This document shows, piece by piece, positions 41,776 through 51,278 of a DNA stretch of 64,000 nt (positions are counted from its first letter, which is position 1; the number at the start of each line of letters is the position of its first letter). The notes under the pieces are model-generated. The model was given only the letters and a program-made list of their open reading frames with translations. It did no database searches and had not been told where the DNA came from. The position numbers and the translations under genes are program-made. Source of the DNA: Polyangiaceae bacterium (GTDB lineage: Bacteria; Myxococcota_A; Polyangia; Polyangiales; Polyangiaceae); the NCBI GenBank assembly GCA_050287085.1, contig JBNKBE010000010.1, forward strand, positions 163,665 through 227,664, written 5' to 3'.

Positions 41776-42051
41776 GTCGCAGTTGCGTCCCACCTCTCTG
41801 CAGAGCCCGAGCCTGGGCGAGGGCGGCTGATACGATAGCGTCCGGCGTCGAGAACGAGAAGCCTCGCCCCCTGTGAAATACCCCACCGGTCGGTTTGCGA
41901 CGGTGGGCGCGACGTGACCGCATTGGTGCCCTTGGCCAGGGATCGCGTGCTACGGTGTCGCAGCGCTGACCGATGGCGCAGGTAGGTATAGGTAGGCGGC
42001 TCCTCACGCGCTCACCCCATTTGTCGGGTGTTCAGGCCTCACGACGCCACG

Positions 42052-43128
42052 ATGAAATCCCTCCGACTTGCTGTGACGCTGGCCTTCTTCGAGCTCGAGA
42101 CCGCGGCCTACCTGCTGGTCAATCGTCTGAGCTCCAAGCTGCCCAGTCTGCCGCTGCTTACGCCAGCCGATGAGGCGATTCTGATGCGGCCGCGAGCCCT
42201 CTGGCTCTATCTGTCATTTGTCCCCTATTGCCTAATCGCTTCCAGCGATTTCGGCCGCGCTGGAAACGCTTTGCGGATCTTCGCCTGCGTGTTCGCCAAT
42301 AGCTTGGTCGCATACCGGTCGTTTCTGCGCACGCCCTCGTCTTATCCGCGCCCGCGGGTCGAAACGCCGCACGAGCCCCACTTGCAGCGGGCCTTCGACG
42401 CGCTCCACGCGGTGGATCGTCCTTCGAATACCTTTCCAAGTATTCACGTAAGTCATACCGTGTTGTTGGCGTTGCTACTGTCGCAACGGCTGCCTCCAAA
42501 GCTTGCGCAAGCCTATCTTTCGTGGGCTTGTGGCATCAGCTTATCAACCTTGTTGACGAAGCAGCACTACCTCGTGGATGTGACAGCGGGCGTAATCGTC
42601 GCCGAGCGCTTGGCTCGTTCCGCGTTCGAGCCCCGGCGTGGTCGGCGCTTAGTGCCAGCGGCCGTAGCTGCCGAAGTGCGCGAGCTATGTCGCGAGCTCG
42701 ATGCGATGGTGCAGCCAGGGGAGCAGTATGCTGTGGAGCCAGCGCCCTTGGTCTACGAAGAGCGGCACCCGGCTATTCAGGCATGGCTACGAGAGTATGT
42801 GCGCGCAGGAAGCTTCTCGGAGCTGTACAAGGTGTTGTCTGAAGACGGACAGTTGGAAGAAAGGAAACGAGCGCTCGATGTCGTGCTGGCGCGCATCAGC
42901 GGACCACTTCGCATCGCCAATCGCCTGATGCCCGGTTGGCTTCAGTTTGTCCAAGACTTCCAGCAGGTCTCACCAGAGCTCGATTTCGCGGCGGTCTATG
43001 GCTATTTGCGTGACTTAGATGCGGAGCTCCATTCGCTTCTGGAGCTCGTATTTCAGCTACCCGAGCCCGAGGCTGCCGTTTCTGTGGCGGCTCCGGCAGG
43101 CTGCCCTATAAGGGTCGCCGATGTCTAG
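42052..43128 (+). CDS. PAP2/AUR1 (IPC-synthase-like) membrane phosphotransferase with extra C-terminal domain
   Basis: YPRP, D.P.NTFPSIHVS, STLLTKQHYLVDV..G. Confidence 0.75.
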   Translation: MKSLRLAVTLAFFELETAAYLLVNRLSSKLPSLPLLTPADEAILMRPRALWLYLSFVPYCLIASSDFGRAGNALRIFACVFANSLVAYRSFLRTPSSYPRPRVETPHEPHLQRAFDALHAVDRPSNTFPSIHVSHTVLLALLLSQRLPPKLAQAYLSWACGISLSTLLTKQHYLVDVTAGVIVAERLARSAFEPRRGRRLVPAAVAAEVRELCRELDAMVQPGEQYAVEPAPLVYEERHPAIQAWLREYVRAGSFSELYKVLSEDGQLEERKRALDVVLARISGPLRIANRLMPGWLQFVQDFQQVSPELDFAAVYGYLRDLDAELHSLLELVFQLPEPEAAVSVAAPAGCPIRVADV

Positions 43129-45844
43129 GCAATCTGCGGGAGCCCTGGTAGCGCCGGTCTTTCATCCCTCCGTGGGGGCGCCGGGGACGCCAAGTCTGGG
43201 AGGTAAGGCGGAGCAATTGCTTCGGCTTGAAGCATTGGGCGCTCCCGTTCCGGCCTGGTTTGCCATCCCGACTGACCTCTTTGCGTCCCTTGCTTCCGAG
43301 CTTGTGCGACCGGGGCTCGTCCGGTTGATGACGGCCTCGGACGAAGATGTTCCAGCTATTGCGCGGAGCCTTCGTTGTGCCGTAGAGGAATTATCGCTGC
43401 CGCTGGACGCCATCGCTGCGGTCGAGTCGGCGCTCGAGCGCCTCACGAGCCAAGGCAAGGGCCGCGACGTTGCTTTTGCAGTGCGTTCTTCGGCCGCTGC
43501 CGAAGACAGCAGCGCAGACTCATTTGCTGGGCAGCTCGAGACGTTTCTGAACGTTGCGGCGGCTGACGTAGTGTCTTGCATTCGCTCTTGCTGGGCGAGT
43601 GCCTTTTCCGACCGGGCTGTGCGCTATGCTCGGGCCAGGGGCCAGCTCGAGTCACTTACGTCGGTAGGTGTGCTTGTGCAGCTGATGGTGAACAGCGTCG
43701 CCTCGGGGGTGTTGTTTAGCGCCAACCCGACCGGAAGCCTCGATGAACTTGTGATCGTAGCCGGCTACGGACTTGGGGAGGGAATCGTCACGGACAAGGT
43801 AGAGTGCGATACCTACACGCTCGACACCCAGGAAGGATGCTGGTTGCTCGACGTCGGCAGGAAGCACCGGAGGGTCGCATGCGACGACGTGCGCGGCGTT
43901 GGAACGCGCGTGGTATCGGTGCCGCCAGATCAGGTAGATGCTCCCGTGTTGAGTGAAGAGCAGCGCGATGGGTTGGCGAAGCGCGCACAGCAGTTGAGCC
44001 AGACGCTGGGGCCGCATCTGGACATCGAATGGTCATTTGACTCCAGTGGTAAGCTTTGGCTGCTGCAAGCCAGGCCTATCACTTCCATTCCGTCCGGGCG
44101 CGCTACGGTCTTTGACAACAGCAACATCGTAGAGAGCTATCCGGGGATTACTCTGCCGCTTACTGCCTCCTATGTAAGAACCGCCTATGCCAAGCTATTT
44201 GCAGCGGCCTTTCGACAGCTTGGCGTGGCGCCGGCAGCCTTGCGGGCTCATGAGAGCAGCTTGGCCAACATGCTGGGATACGCCGATGGTCGTCTCTACT
44301 ACAACCTGACTAGTTGGTATCGGCTCTTTCGGTTGATCCCGGGTACTGCGCGTTATGTTCCGGTTTGGGAGGAGATGCTCGGCATTGCCGCCGGCGCATC
44401 ACGTCGCGAGACCCCCAGGCGTCAGCCCTTATTGCAGCGGGCGTTTGCGCTGCTTCGCTTGGTGAGTGCCCTCGTCTCGAGCTTTGCCCTGCTGGGACGC
44501 CGGATGCGCGCGATGCGCTACGAGTTTCTCAAGACTCAGGAGGAGTTTCGTGCCTTGGACCTGTCGGTCCTAGACGCGCACCAATACGAGGACGAGTATC
44601 GGAGAATGTTGGGGCCGAAGTTGAGGGGGTGGGAGCACACTCTGCTCAACGACGGGTACGCGTTCATCTTTTCTGCACTAGCTCGCGCGCTACTACGCCG
44701 GAGCGGTCTGGATGAACAGCTCTTTGGGGCGTTGCTGGCTGGCGACGAAGAGTTGGAAAGCGTATTGCCGGTGCGCCGCTCCGTCGCGATGGCAGAGTGG
44801 TTGCGAGCGAATCCAGCCAGCGCGGTCCGCCTTCGGCCCTGTGTAGAGGCACCGCTCGCGCGACTGGAGGCTGAGCTCGCGCGTGCCGAGAACGAGGCAT
44901 TGGCCGCGCAGTTTCGAGCACATCTGGAGCATTTCGGGGATCGCGGTATCGAAGAGCTCAAGCTTGAGTCGAAGTCTTTCCGCGACGATCCGCGACTCTT
45001 GCTACGAGTCGTGCTCGGCTACGTTGATGCCGACGTCGGCGTGCAAGAAATGATCGAACGGGAGCGGGCTATTCGCGCCGTTGCGGAAGCACAAGTGCTC
45101 AAGGTCTTGCGCTGGCGTCTGTTCAGACGCACTGCATTGGCCTTTTGCTTGGCCATGGCCAGACGTTCCATTCGCTTTCGGGAGAGTTCGAGATTGGACC
45201 GAGGTCGCGCCTTCGGAATGATCCGTGGATTGTTTGCAGGACTTGGAACGCACTTGGTTCGCGCAGGAGCGTTGGCGGCCGCGGAGGATGTCTATTATCT
45301 GCGCGTCGATGAGCTGTTCGACTTCGTATCTGGCATGTTGTTTGAGCGCCAGCTGCACCCTATTGTTGAGCGGCGCAAGCTCGAGTTTGGGCGCTATCAG
45401 CAAGCGGTGCCGCTTCGACGCTTCCGCACCAGCGGACCCGTTGGCGCCAACACCGTTCCTTTGCAGCGAAAGGGCTCGCCGACTAGCTCAAGTGTAGGTG
45501 AGGACAAGTGGCAGGGCCTGGGTTGCTCGGCGGGCACGCTCTGCGCTGAGGCGGTTGTGATCACCAACCCTCACACCGCGGGGGATGTGCGTGGGAAGAT
45601 TCTTGTCACCGAAATGACGGATCCAGGTTGGGTTTTCCTGATGGTGCCAGCTGCAGGATTGGTTGTGGAGCGCGGTAGCTTGTTGAGTCATACGGCGATC
45701 ATCGGTCGAGAGTTGGGCAAGCCGACGGTGGTCGGAGTGCGTGGCATCTCAACTCAGATCCAGACGGGAGATCAGCTCGAGATTGATGGTCGCTCAGGAA
45801 CCGTGAGGCGGCTAAGCAGAGCCAGTTCGGCGGAGCTCGAATAA
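43121..45844 (+). CDS. PEP-synthase/rifampin-phosphotransferase-like dikinase
   Basis: GGKA, AVRSSA..ED....SFAGQ, QARPIT ATP-grasp; large middle domain; TDPGW, SLLSHTAIIGRELG His domain at the C-terminus. Confidence 0.88.
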   Translation: MSRQSAGALVAPVFHPSVGAPGTPSLGGKAEQLLRLEALGAPVPAWFAIPTDLFASLASELVRPGLVRLMTASDEDVPAIARSLRCAVEELSLPLDAIAAVESALERLTSQGKGRDVAFAVRSSAAAEDSSADSFAGQLETFLNVAAADVVSCIRSCWASAFSDRAVRYARARGQLESLTSVGVLVQLMVNSVASGVLFSANPTGSLDELVIVAGYGLGEGIVTDKVECDTYTLDTQEGCWLLDVGRKHRRVACDDVRGVGTRVVSVPPDQVDAPVLSEEQRDGLAKRAQQLSQTLGPHLDIEWSFDSSGKLWLLQARPITSIPSGRATVFDNSNIVESYPGITLPLTASYVRTAYAKLFAAAFRQLGVAPAALRAHESSLANMLGYADGRLYYNLTSWYRLFRLIPGTARYVPVWEEMLGIAAGASRRETPRRQPLLQRAFALLRLVSALVSSFALLGRRMRAMRYEFLKTQEEFRALDLSVLDAHQYEDEYRRMLGPKLRGWEHTLLNDGYAFIFSALARALLRRSGLDEQLFGALLAGDEELESVLPVRRSVAMAEWLRANPASAVRLRPCVEAPLARLEAELARAENEALAAQFRAHLEHFGDRGIEELKLESKSFRDDPRLLLRVVLGYVDADVGVQEMIERERAIRAVAEAQVLKVLRWRLFRRTALAFCLAMARRSIRFRESSRLDRGRAFGMIRGLFAGLGTHLVRAGALAAAEDVYYLRVDELFDFVSGMLFERQLHPIVERRKLEFGRYQQAVPLRRFRTSGPVGANTVPLQRKGSPTSSSVGEDKWQGLGCSAGTLCAEAVVITNPHTAGDVRGKILVTEMTDPGWVFLMVPAAGLVVERGSLLSHTAIIGRELGKPTVVGVRGISTQIQTGDQLEIDGRSGTVRRLSRASSAELE

Positions 45845-46840
45845 CGTGTACTCGCGGCTTGGCGCCCCGATCTTGTCATATAGAGTGCGGCCTTCTTTGG
45901 CGAGTGCGCCTACCGCCCCGCCCTGTCCCCAGTCTCGGGCGGCTCTGATGGCTCCGTTGATCGCGAACGCGCTCACCACGCCCTTGCCGCGCACCGCGGG
46001 TAACAACGCCATGGTATGGAGTACGACGCCGCAGCGCGGATCTGGGTAACAATAGGCTAGACCTTGGGGGCGCTCCTCGCCATCGTACAAGACCAGGACC
46101 AACTCCGGCTGTAGCAATGGTTTCATGGGCGAGAAGACGGCGCTAAACTCGTCGAGCTCGATCGCCGCGTAGCCTAGGTTGTCTTTGAAGCTCTCGTTGG
46201 CAACGAGATGAAAGTCTCGCAGTAGCTGATCGAAGCGAGCCGCCTCATAGGTTGCGACGTGCAGTCCCTGTTCGGCGAGCAGACCGGGGGGCATTGCGCT
46301 TGCGGCCGCGACCAGCGTGGACAGCTCTTCTTGCGTGAGGTCCCAGGAACGCCATTGCGCCAGGGGGCTGAAGCCGGCTGCTTCGAAGAAGGCTGGATAA
46401 TATGGGGGATTGCGTGGCTCTCCGATGAAAGGCGGGGCGCTGAAGCCGCGTGTCATCAAGCGGTAGCTATGCCATATGGAGAACTGCATCGGGCCCCAAA
46501 TGAGCGATAGACCGCGCTGTTCGAGTGACTCCACGGCGGCTGCCAGGCATTGCGTTGCCACTTCTTCGTCAGGGGCCGCCTGAAAGAAGCCGACAAGGCC
46601 GACAGGGCGTCCGCCGTGGGTTAGCCTTGGATTGTGGATTGCTGAGCAGCGGGCAATGGGTAGACCGTCGCGCAGGCCTAGAAAGTGCCTTGTGCTGCCA
46701 TAGCGATGAAACGGGTTGCCACTCGACAAAGACCACTCTTCGAGCTGAGCGCTGGCTGGGTCTCCAAGCTCCCTGCCAAGGGCAAGGAAGGCTTCGAAAT
46801 TGCGGCTACCGTTCTCACAAGCGACTATCTGGATCGGCAC
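45812..46840 (-). CDS. YghO/bacterial ceramide synthase-like GNAT acyltransferase
   Basis: NPF...FLGLRDG.PIARCSA, GLVGFF, WGP, GF..PP.....NPPYYP.FFE.AGF; GTG start inferred. Confidence 0.6.
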   Translation of the reverse strand: MPIQIVACENGSRNFEAFLALGRELGDPASAQLEEWSLSSGNPFHRYGSTRHFLGLRDGLPIARCSAIHNPRLTHGGRPVGLVGFFQAAPDEEVATQCLAAAVESLEQRGLSLIWGPMQFSIWHSYRLMTRGFSAPPFIGEPRNPPYYPAFFEAAGFSPLAQWRSWDLTQEELSTLVAAASAMPPGLLAEQGLHVATYEAARFDQLLRDFHLVANESFKDNLGYAAIELDEFSAVFSPMKPLLQPELVLVLYDGEERPQGLAYCYPDPRCGVVLHTMALLPAVRGKGVVSAFAINGAIRAARDWGQGGAVGALAKEGRTLYDKIGAPSREYTLFELRRTGSA

Positions 46841-46882
46841 TTCGATGGTGTACCACGGGACGCAAGACGCTACACTGCCCTC

Positions 46883-47809
46883 GTGGCCGCGCTGAAGCGA
46901 ATCGTCGTCTTTATACGTGAGATGTTCCCGCCGTGGGTCATGGTCCCCTTTGGGCTCGCGAAGTTCTACGCGGTCTATTTGACGATGCAGGCGCTCGCAG
47001 GGAGAGCGGCCGTTGAGATCTCCCCTCGCTCGGTCGTCGGCGCCATTTCGGTGGTCTTGCTTCTGCTGCTTACGCGTGTCTTCGATGAGCTCAAAGACCA
47101 CGAGGCCGACAGGCGGATGGCCGCCGCTGGAGATCCGCGCTACACGGGACGCCCACTGGTGCGCGGCGCGGTGCTGCTCAGTGATGTCATCACTCTCCGC
47201 GGTCTCGTAATCGCTCTATTGTGGGGCTTGCAGTTTCTCTATCCGCAGCCCTACATGTTGGTCGCATTCGGGGTTGCCTTTGCCGCGCTCTGGCTTTCGT
47301 CGAAGTGGTTCTTCTATCCGCCGATAGCTCGCAGCTTGCTGCTCGCTTTCGTGACCCACAGCCCGCTTACGCTGGTCGTCTTGCTGTATGCGTACGGCGT
47401 GTTCGCGGCGGACTTTGATGTGCTCTGGGATGGCCGCGTCGTATTGCTCTTGCTCGGACTTTGGATGCCCCTGGCGGCTTGGGAAACCTCACGGAAGATT
47501 CGAGTCCCCGAAGACGAGACGGCATACCAAACCTATACCCAGATACTCGGACTGCGGCGTGCGCCGTTGCTACCCGTGACCTTTGTCGTGATCGGCACTG
47601 CGTGTGTGGCCCTTGTATCTCGGGCCGCTGGAACCTCCTGGGTATTCAGCTGGGTGCTGATCGCAGGTGCGTTGGTGCCGGTAGTAGGCTGCCTTCGGTT
47701 CATCGTCAGGCCCACCCGGCGCGCCGCCAAGTTGCAGCCGCTGACTGAGTTCTACGGCTTGGTGGTGGATATTGGGCTGCCGCTGTCGGTGGTGTTGTCA
47801 GCCACATAG
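46883..47809 (+). CDS. UbiA-family prenyltransferase
   Basis: RVFDELKD...D...RPLVRG first Asp-rich motif; E..RKI...EDE..Y.TY second motif; many TM helices; start inferred. Confidence 0.8.
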   Translation: MAALKRIVVFIREMFPPWVMVPFGLAKFYAVYLTMQALAGRAAVEISPRSVVGAISVVLLLLLTRVFDELKDHEADRRMAAAGDPRYTGRPLVRGAVLLSDVITLRGLVIALLWGLQFLYPQPYMLVAFGVAFAALWLSSKWFFYPPIARSLLLAFVTHSPLTLVVLLYAYGVFAADFDVLWDGRVVLLLLGLWMPLAAWETSRKIRVPEDETAYQTYTQILGLRRAPLLPVTFVVIGTACVALVSRAAGTSWVFSWVLIAGALVPVVGCLRFIVRPTRRAAKLQPLTEFYGLVVDIGLPLSVVLSAT

Positions 47810-47937
47810 TCGCGCGTCACGCCATTGGGTGCGACCAGGCCGCGCCGGCCAGGGGGGAGCTCTGGAGGTGTGGCCTGACCGTTGTCCATGCAGCTTCATT
47901 CAATGAGCGTTACTGTCACCGTAGCCACGCACTTGGA

Positions 47938-49188
47938 CTATCGGGCGCGTTCCTTCTCCAAGAAGCTGGCGAGCCACGTCATGGCCGGGCGCGGGACGCC
48001 ATTGCGAATGAGTCCGGTGTTGTTGTGCCAGGTGGCGCCGTAGATGTAGCCCCACAGGGTGATGCCTTTGATGCGATCGTCATTCCAGAAAATGGGGAAT
48101 TGCTCTGCCATGATGCGGGCTTGTTCTTCATCGTCAGCGACGTCGATGTCGTATTCGGTGATGTAGAGTGGCAGTCCGACAGCAGCGAGCCTATCGATGC
48201 GTTCGCGCAATTCCTCGGGTGTCTTTCTGAAGGCGTCGTGCGCCTGGGCCCCGAGAGCGTCCACCGGAGCGCCGGCTTCCTTGACGGCGGTCGCGGCGCG
48301 GATGAAGTTGTCTTGATCGGGGTCCCACTCGATGTTGTTGTAGTCGTTGAAGATCAGAATGGCGTCGGGACAGTACCGACGTGCAAGACGAAAGGCTTCG
48401 ACGATCCAATCATAGCCGCTTTCGCCTGCACCCCCGAGTGCAGCCATGACGGCCGTTGGCTCTGTATGTGGGGGGGGCTCGTTGACGACGTCAATCAGCG
48501 CTGTTTGGGGATAACGCTCACACGCGAGACGCATGAGGTCTTCAACCTGGGTACGGACATCGCTCGTGCCATTAACCCAGTCGGGTTGTTGGCTACCCCA
48601 GACGAACGTATGTAGTTTGAACAGCCAACCGTGCTCTTGGGCCTGCCGGTATAGCTCGTCCACCTGGTCCCATTGCATGTCGTCCTTATTGGGTTCCAGG
48701 TAGCTCCACTTGCTTTCGTTTTCGGGGGTCAGTTGGTCCCAATACTGAGCGAAGTCGTCGGGGAGACTCCCGCGGGCAGTGATATTGCCTACGAACTTCT
48801 TTCCTCCCAGAGGGGGCGCTGGCCAACCCTCCCCAGCTGGCGCTGCGGCATCTGTGTCAACCACTGACGGCTCATCGCCGCCGGCGCCACCCGTCTCGGA
48901 ACTCGTGTTGCCGCCCTGCGATGGGGGACTTCCGCCGGTGCTATTGGCGCCGGCCGTCCCGCCTTGAGCGGTGGCCCCGCCTTGCGTTTCGCTCGGCGCC
49001 CCCCCGCCCGCGGCCCCGTCGGGGGTGTTGTCTGTACCACCCGTATTGGCAATAGGGGCTCCACCGCTTCCACCGGAGGCCGGGGCTCCGGCCACTGGCG
49101 GGGGGGTGGTTTCGGGTTGCTCGGTGGGCGTTTCTGCACTGCAGGCGAGAAGCAGCATTCCGACGGAAAGAATTGGGGGGCGTATCAT
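47938..49188 (-). CDS. GH10 endo-1,4-beta-xylanase lipoprotein
   Basis: Lipobox LLAC, Gly/Ser/Thr linker, TPENESKW, HTFVWGSQQP, DVVNEP, NDYN, ITEYD. Confidence 0.92.
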   Translation of the reverse strand: MIRPPILSVGMLLLACSAETPTEQPETTPPPVAGAPASGGSGGAPIANTGGTDNTPDGAAGGGAPSETQGGATAQGGTAGANSTGGSPPSQGGNTSSETGGAGGDEPSVVDTDAAAPAGEGWPAPPLGGKKFVGNITARGSLPDDFAQYWDQLTPENESKWSYLEPNKDDMQWDQVDELYRQAQEHGWLFKLHTFVWGSQQPDWVNGTSDVRTQVEDLMRLACERYPQTALIDVVNEPPPHTEPTAVMAALGGAGESGYDWIVEAFRLARRYCPDAILIFNDYNNIEWDPDQDNFIRAATAVKEAGAPVDALGAQAHDAFRKTPEELRERIDRLAAVGLPLYITEYDIDVADDEEQARIMAEQFPIFWNDDRIKGITLWGYIYGATWHNNTGLIRNGVPRPAMTWLASFLEKERAR

Positions 49189-49252
49189 GATGGTTGGGGG
49201 AGAGAGGTGGAACGTGTGACGAGCCTGGAGCGCTGAACCTTCTGCCTTTTGG

Positions 49253-49301
49253 TGGTACCTGCGTGTGGGTACCTGCGACTGTGGGTACCTGCGTACCTGT
49301 G
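49253..49301. repeat. Direct repeats upstream of the xylanase
   Basis: GGTACCTGCG x3 plus a partial TACCTG. Confidence 0.7.
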
Positions 49302-49838
49302 CACCCGCTACGGCATCAATCCAAAGCCAATGCTGGGCTCGCGCCTCGCGCGTTGGTCGCCGGCTGACACTTCTTTGACTACCACCTGCAGCCAACATTG
49401 CACGTGAAGTCGGCATTCTGTTGTTGTCACTTCTGACCGCACGAATGCTGCGCCGGCTTTGCCGGCGGCAATGCCAGCGTCAGTGACAATTGCGTGATCG
49501 AAACGGCCGCGCGTTGGCATCCACGTTGGCGGTGGCTGCTTGTGTCGGGTGGGCTCTTGACCGATGTCGGAGTGCGGCTTCGGCGGGGGCTCGCGCGTAG
49601 CGGGTTGTTGTTCCTGCTCCTTGCGATCGCTCTGGGGCGTCTTCGTCAAGGGGGGGCGTAATTTGCCAAGCAAGGCGCGCAGAAGACTAGGAGAGGAGGA
49701 GCGGGCGAGGCCTTCAAGGGTGTTGCTAAGGCGCGATTTTCCGTTGCGGCTCGACGGTGCAGCATCGCTCCCGAATTGGTGGTATTGGAACCGGTTCCAG
49801 GCGTCCGATCGTCGGCGCCCACGGCTTCAGGTCCACGC

Positions 49839-51221
49839 ATGCTACAGAACACATCCCGGCTGAGCTTCTTCTCCCTCTTCTTGCTTTCGTCGCTGGTGCA
49901 GGCGGCGCCCCGCCCGGTCACCCACGTGGCCTGCGTCGGGGATAGCATCACGGAGGGTGCGGGCGCGTCTGGCTCGGCAGCAAACTACCCGTCGCAGCTG
50001 CAGCAGCTGATGGGCAACGCGGTGCAGGTCCAGAACTTCGGGCGCAGCGGCGCCACGCTGCTGAACAACGGCGATATGCCGTACACGCAGCAGTCGCAAT
50101 ACACCGCAGCGACCAACTTCGTGGAGAACGCTGGGCCCGACGCGGTCGTGAGCGTGATCATCTTGCTGGGAGCCAATGACTCCAAGCCGTTCAACTGGGA
50201 TGCTGATGGCCGTCCGGAGCAGTTTCACCAGGACTACCTGGCGCTGGTCGATCACTTCCTGGAGCTGGGCACCAAGCCCACCGTATACGTCGCATTCCCA
50301 ACCGCAACGGGCAACAACCCCTGTTGCGAGATTCGGGGTGACGTAATTCATGACGCGCAGGTGCCCTTGATCCAGCAGATTGCTGAGGAGCGACATCTGC
50401 CTATCATCGATCTCAACACGCCTACGTTGGAGCACCCCGAATACTTTGGAGATGGGGTGCACCCGAACGATGGGGGCTATGGCGTTGTTGCCGGGCTCGT
50501 CAAAGAGGGGCTCGAGCGCGAGCCAAGTGTGGCCATTGTGATGCCAGAGATGAACGCAATGGTGCCGGCCGGGTTGGTGCCGATCGTGGTCGAAATCCCC
50601 AACGACACGGTTGCGATCACCAGCGTTGATTTCTTTGATGGCGACGAACTCCTGGGCACCGAGACGATGCCGCCTTTTGAGTTCACGTGGGATGCCGCTC
50701 CCGGCGTGCACGAGCTGAGCGTGAGGATCGTAGACGCGACTTTGGCCGATGCCACGAGCGAGTCACGCACCGTGACCATCACCGAAGCAGAGGCTGGCGG
50801 AGCGGGGGGCGCGGGCGGAGTTGGGGGCGCCGGCGGGGGCGGTGCGGCTGGAGAGCAGATGCAAGCCGACGCCGGAGCGGGGGGGGTGACTGCTTCAGGT
50901 GGACTGGGCGGCGCTGGTATGGTCGCGGGCAACGACTCGGGAGCGGCGGGCATGCCTTCGGGGCCGGCCGCAGGAGCAGGTGCCGAGCCCGCGTCGAGCG
51001 CCGGTGCAGGCCAATCGGGCGCGGGCGCGGCGGGCAGCGATGGAACGAGTTCCGCGGGCGGTGCTCCCTTCACCCCTCAGGCAAGCGGTGGCGACGACAG
51101 CAGCTGCAGTGCAACGCCCGGCTGGGGCGGCGCTCGCACCACCGCGTGGATGACGTTGGGGCTGTTGTTTCTAGCGTTGGCTCGGCGTCAGCGCGGAGTA
51201 TCGGTGTCGACCTTGCGCTGA
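49839..51221 (+). CDS. Secreted SGNH/GDSL esterase + Ig-like domain + MYXO-CTERM-type tail
   Basis: Signal peptide, GDSITEG, G.ND, DGVHPN; Gly-rich linker; GGDDSSCS...hydrophobic helix...ARRQR. Confidence 0.85.
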   Translation: MLQNTSRLSFFSLFLLSSLVQAAPRPVTHVACVGDSITEGAGASGSAANYPSQLQQLMGNAVQVQNFGRSGATLLNNGDMPYTQQSQYTAATNFVENAGPDAVVSVIILLGANDSKPFNWDADGRPEQFHQDYLALVDHFLELGTKPTVYVAFPTATGNNPCCEIRGDVIHDAQVPLIQQIAEERHLPIIDLNTPTLEHPEYFGDGVHPNDGGYGVVAGLVKEGLEREPSVAIVMPEMNAMVPAGLVPIVVEIPNDTVAITSVDFFDGDELLGTETMPPFEFTWDAAPGVHELSVRIVDATLADATSESRTVTITEAEAGGAGGAGGVGGAGGGGAAGEQMQADAGAGGVTASGGLGGAGMVAGNDSGAAGMPSGPAAGAGAEPASSAGAGQSGAGAAGSDGTSSAGGAPFTPQASGGDDSSCSATPGWGGARTTAWMTLGLLFLALARRQRGVSVSTLR

Positions 51222-51278
51222 GCGTCGGTACCGTCCCTGTCCCTTTCGGCGGGTCGCAGCGACAGCGATAGGGTCGCT

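Noticed and set aside
43121..45844. Rifampin-resistance gene or housekeeping PEP synthase
   Set aside because: It lacks the PEP-binding barrel of PpsA; shared architecture with RPH does not prove substrate, and the context is lipid-like
46685..47101. Extensive antisense overlap of the GNAT and UbiA ORFs
   Set aside because: Disappears if the inferred GTG starts at 46840 and 46883 are used
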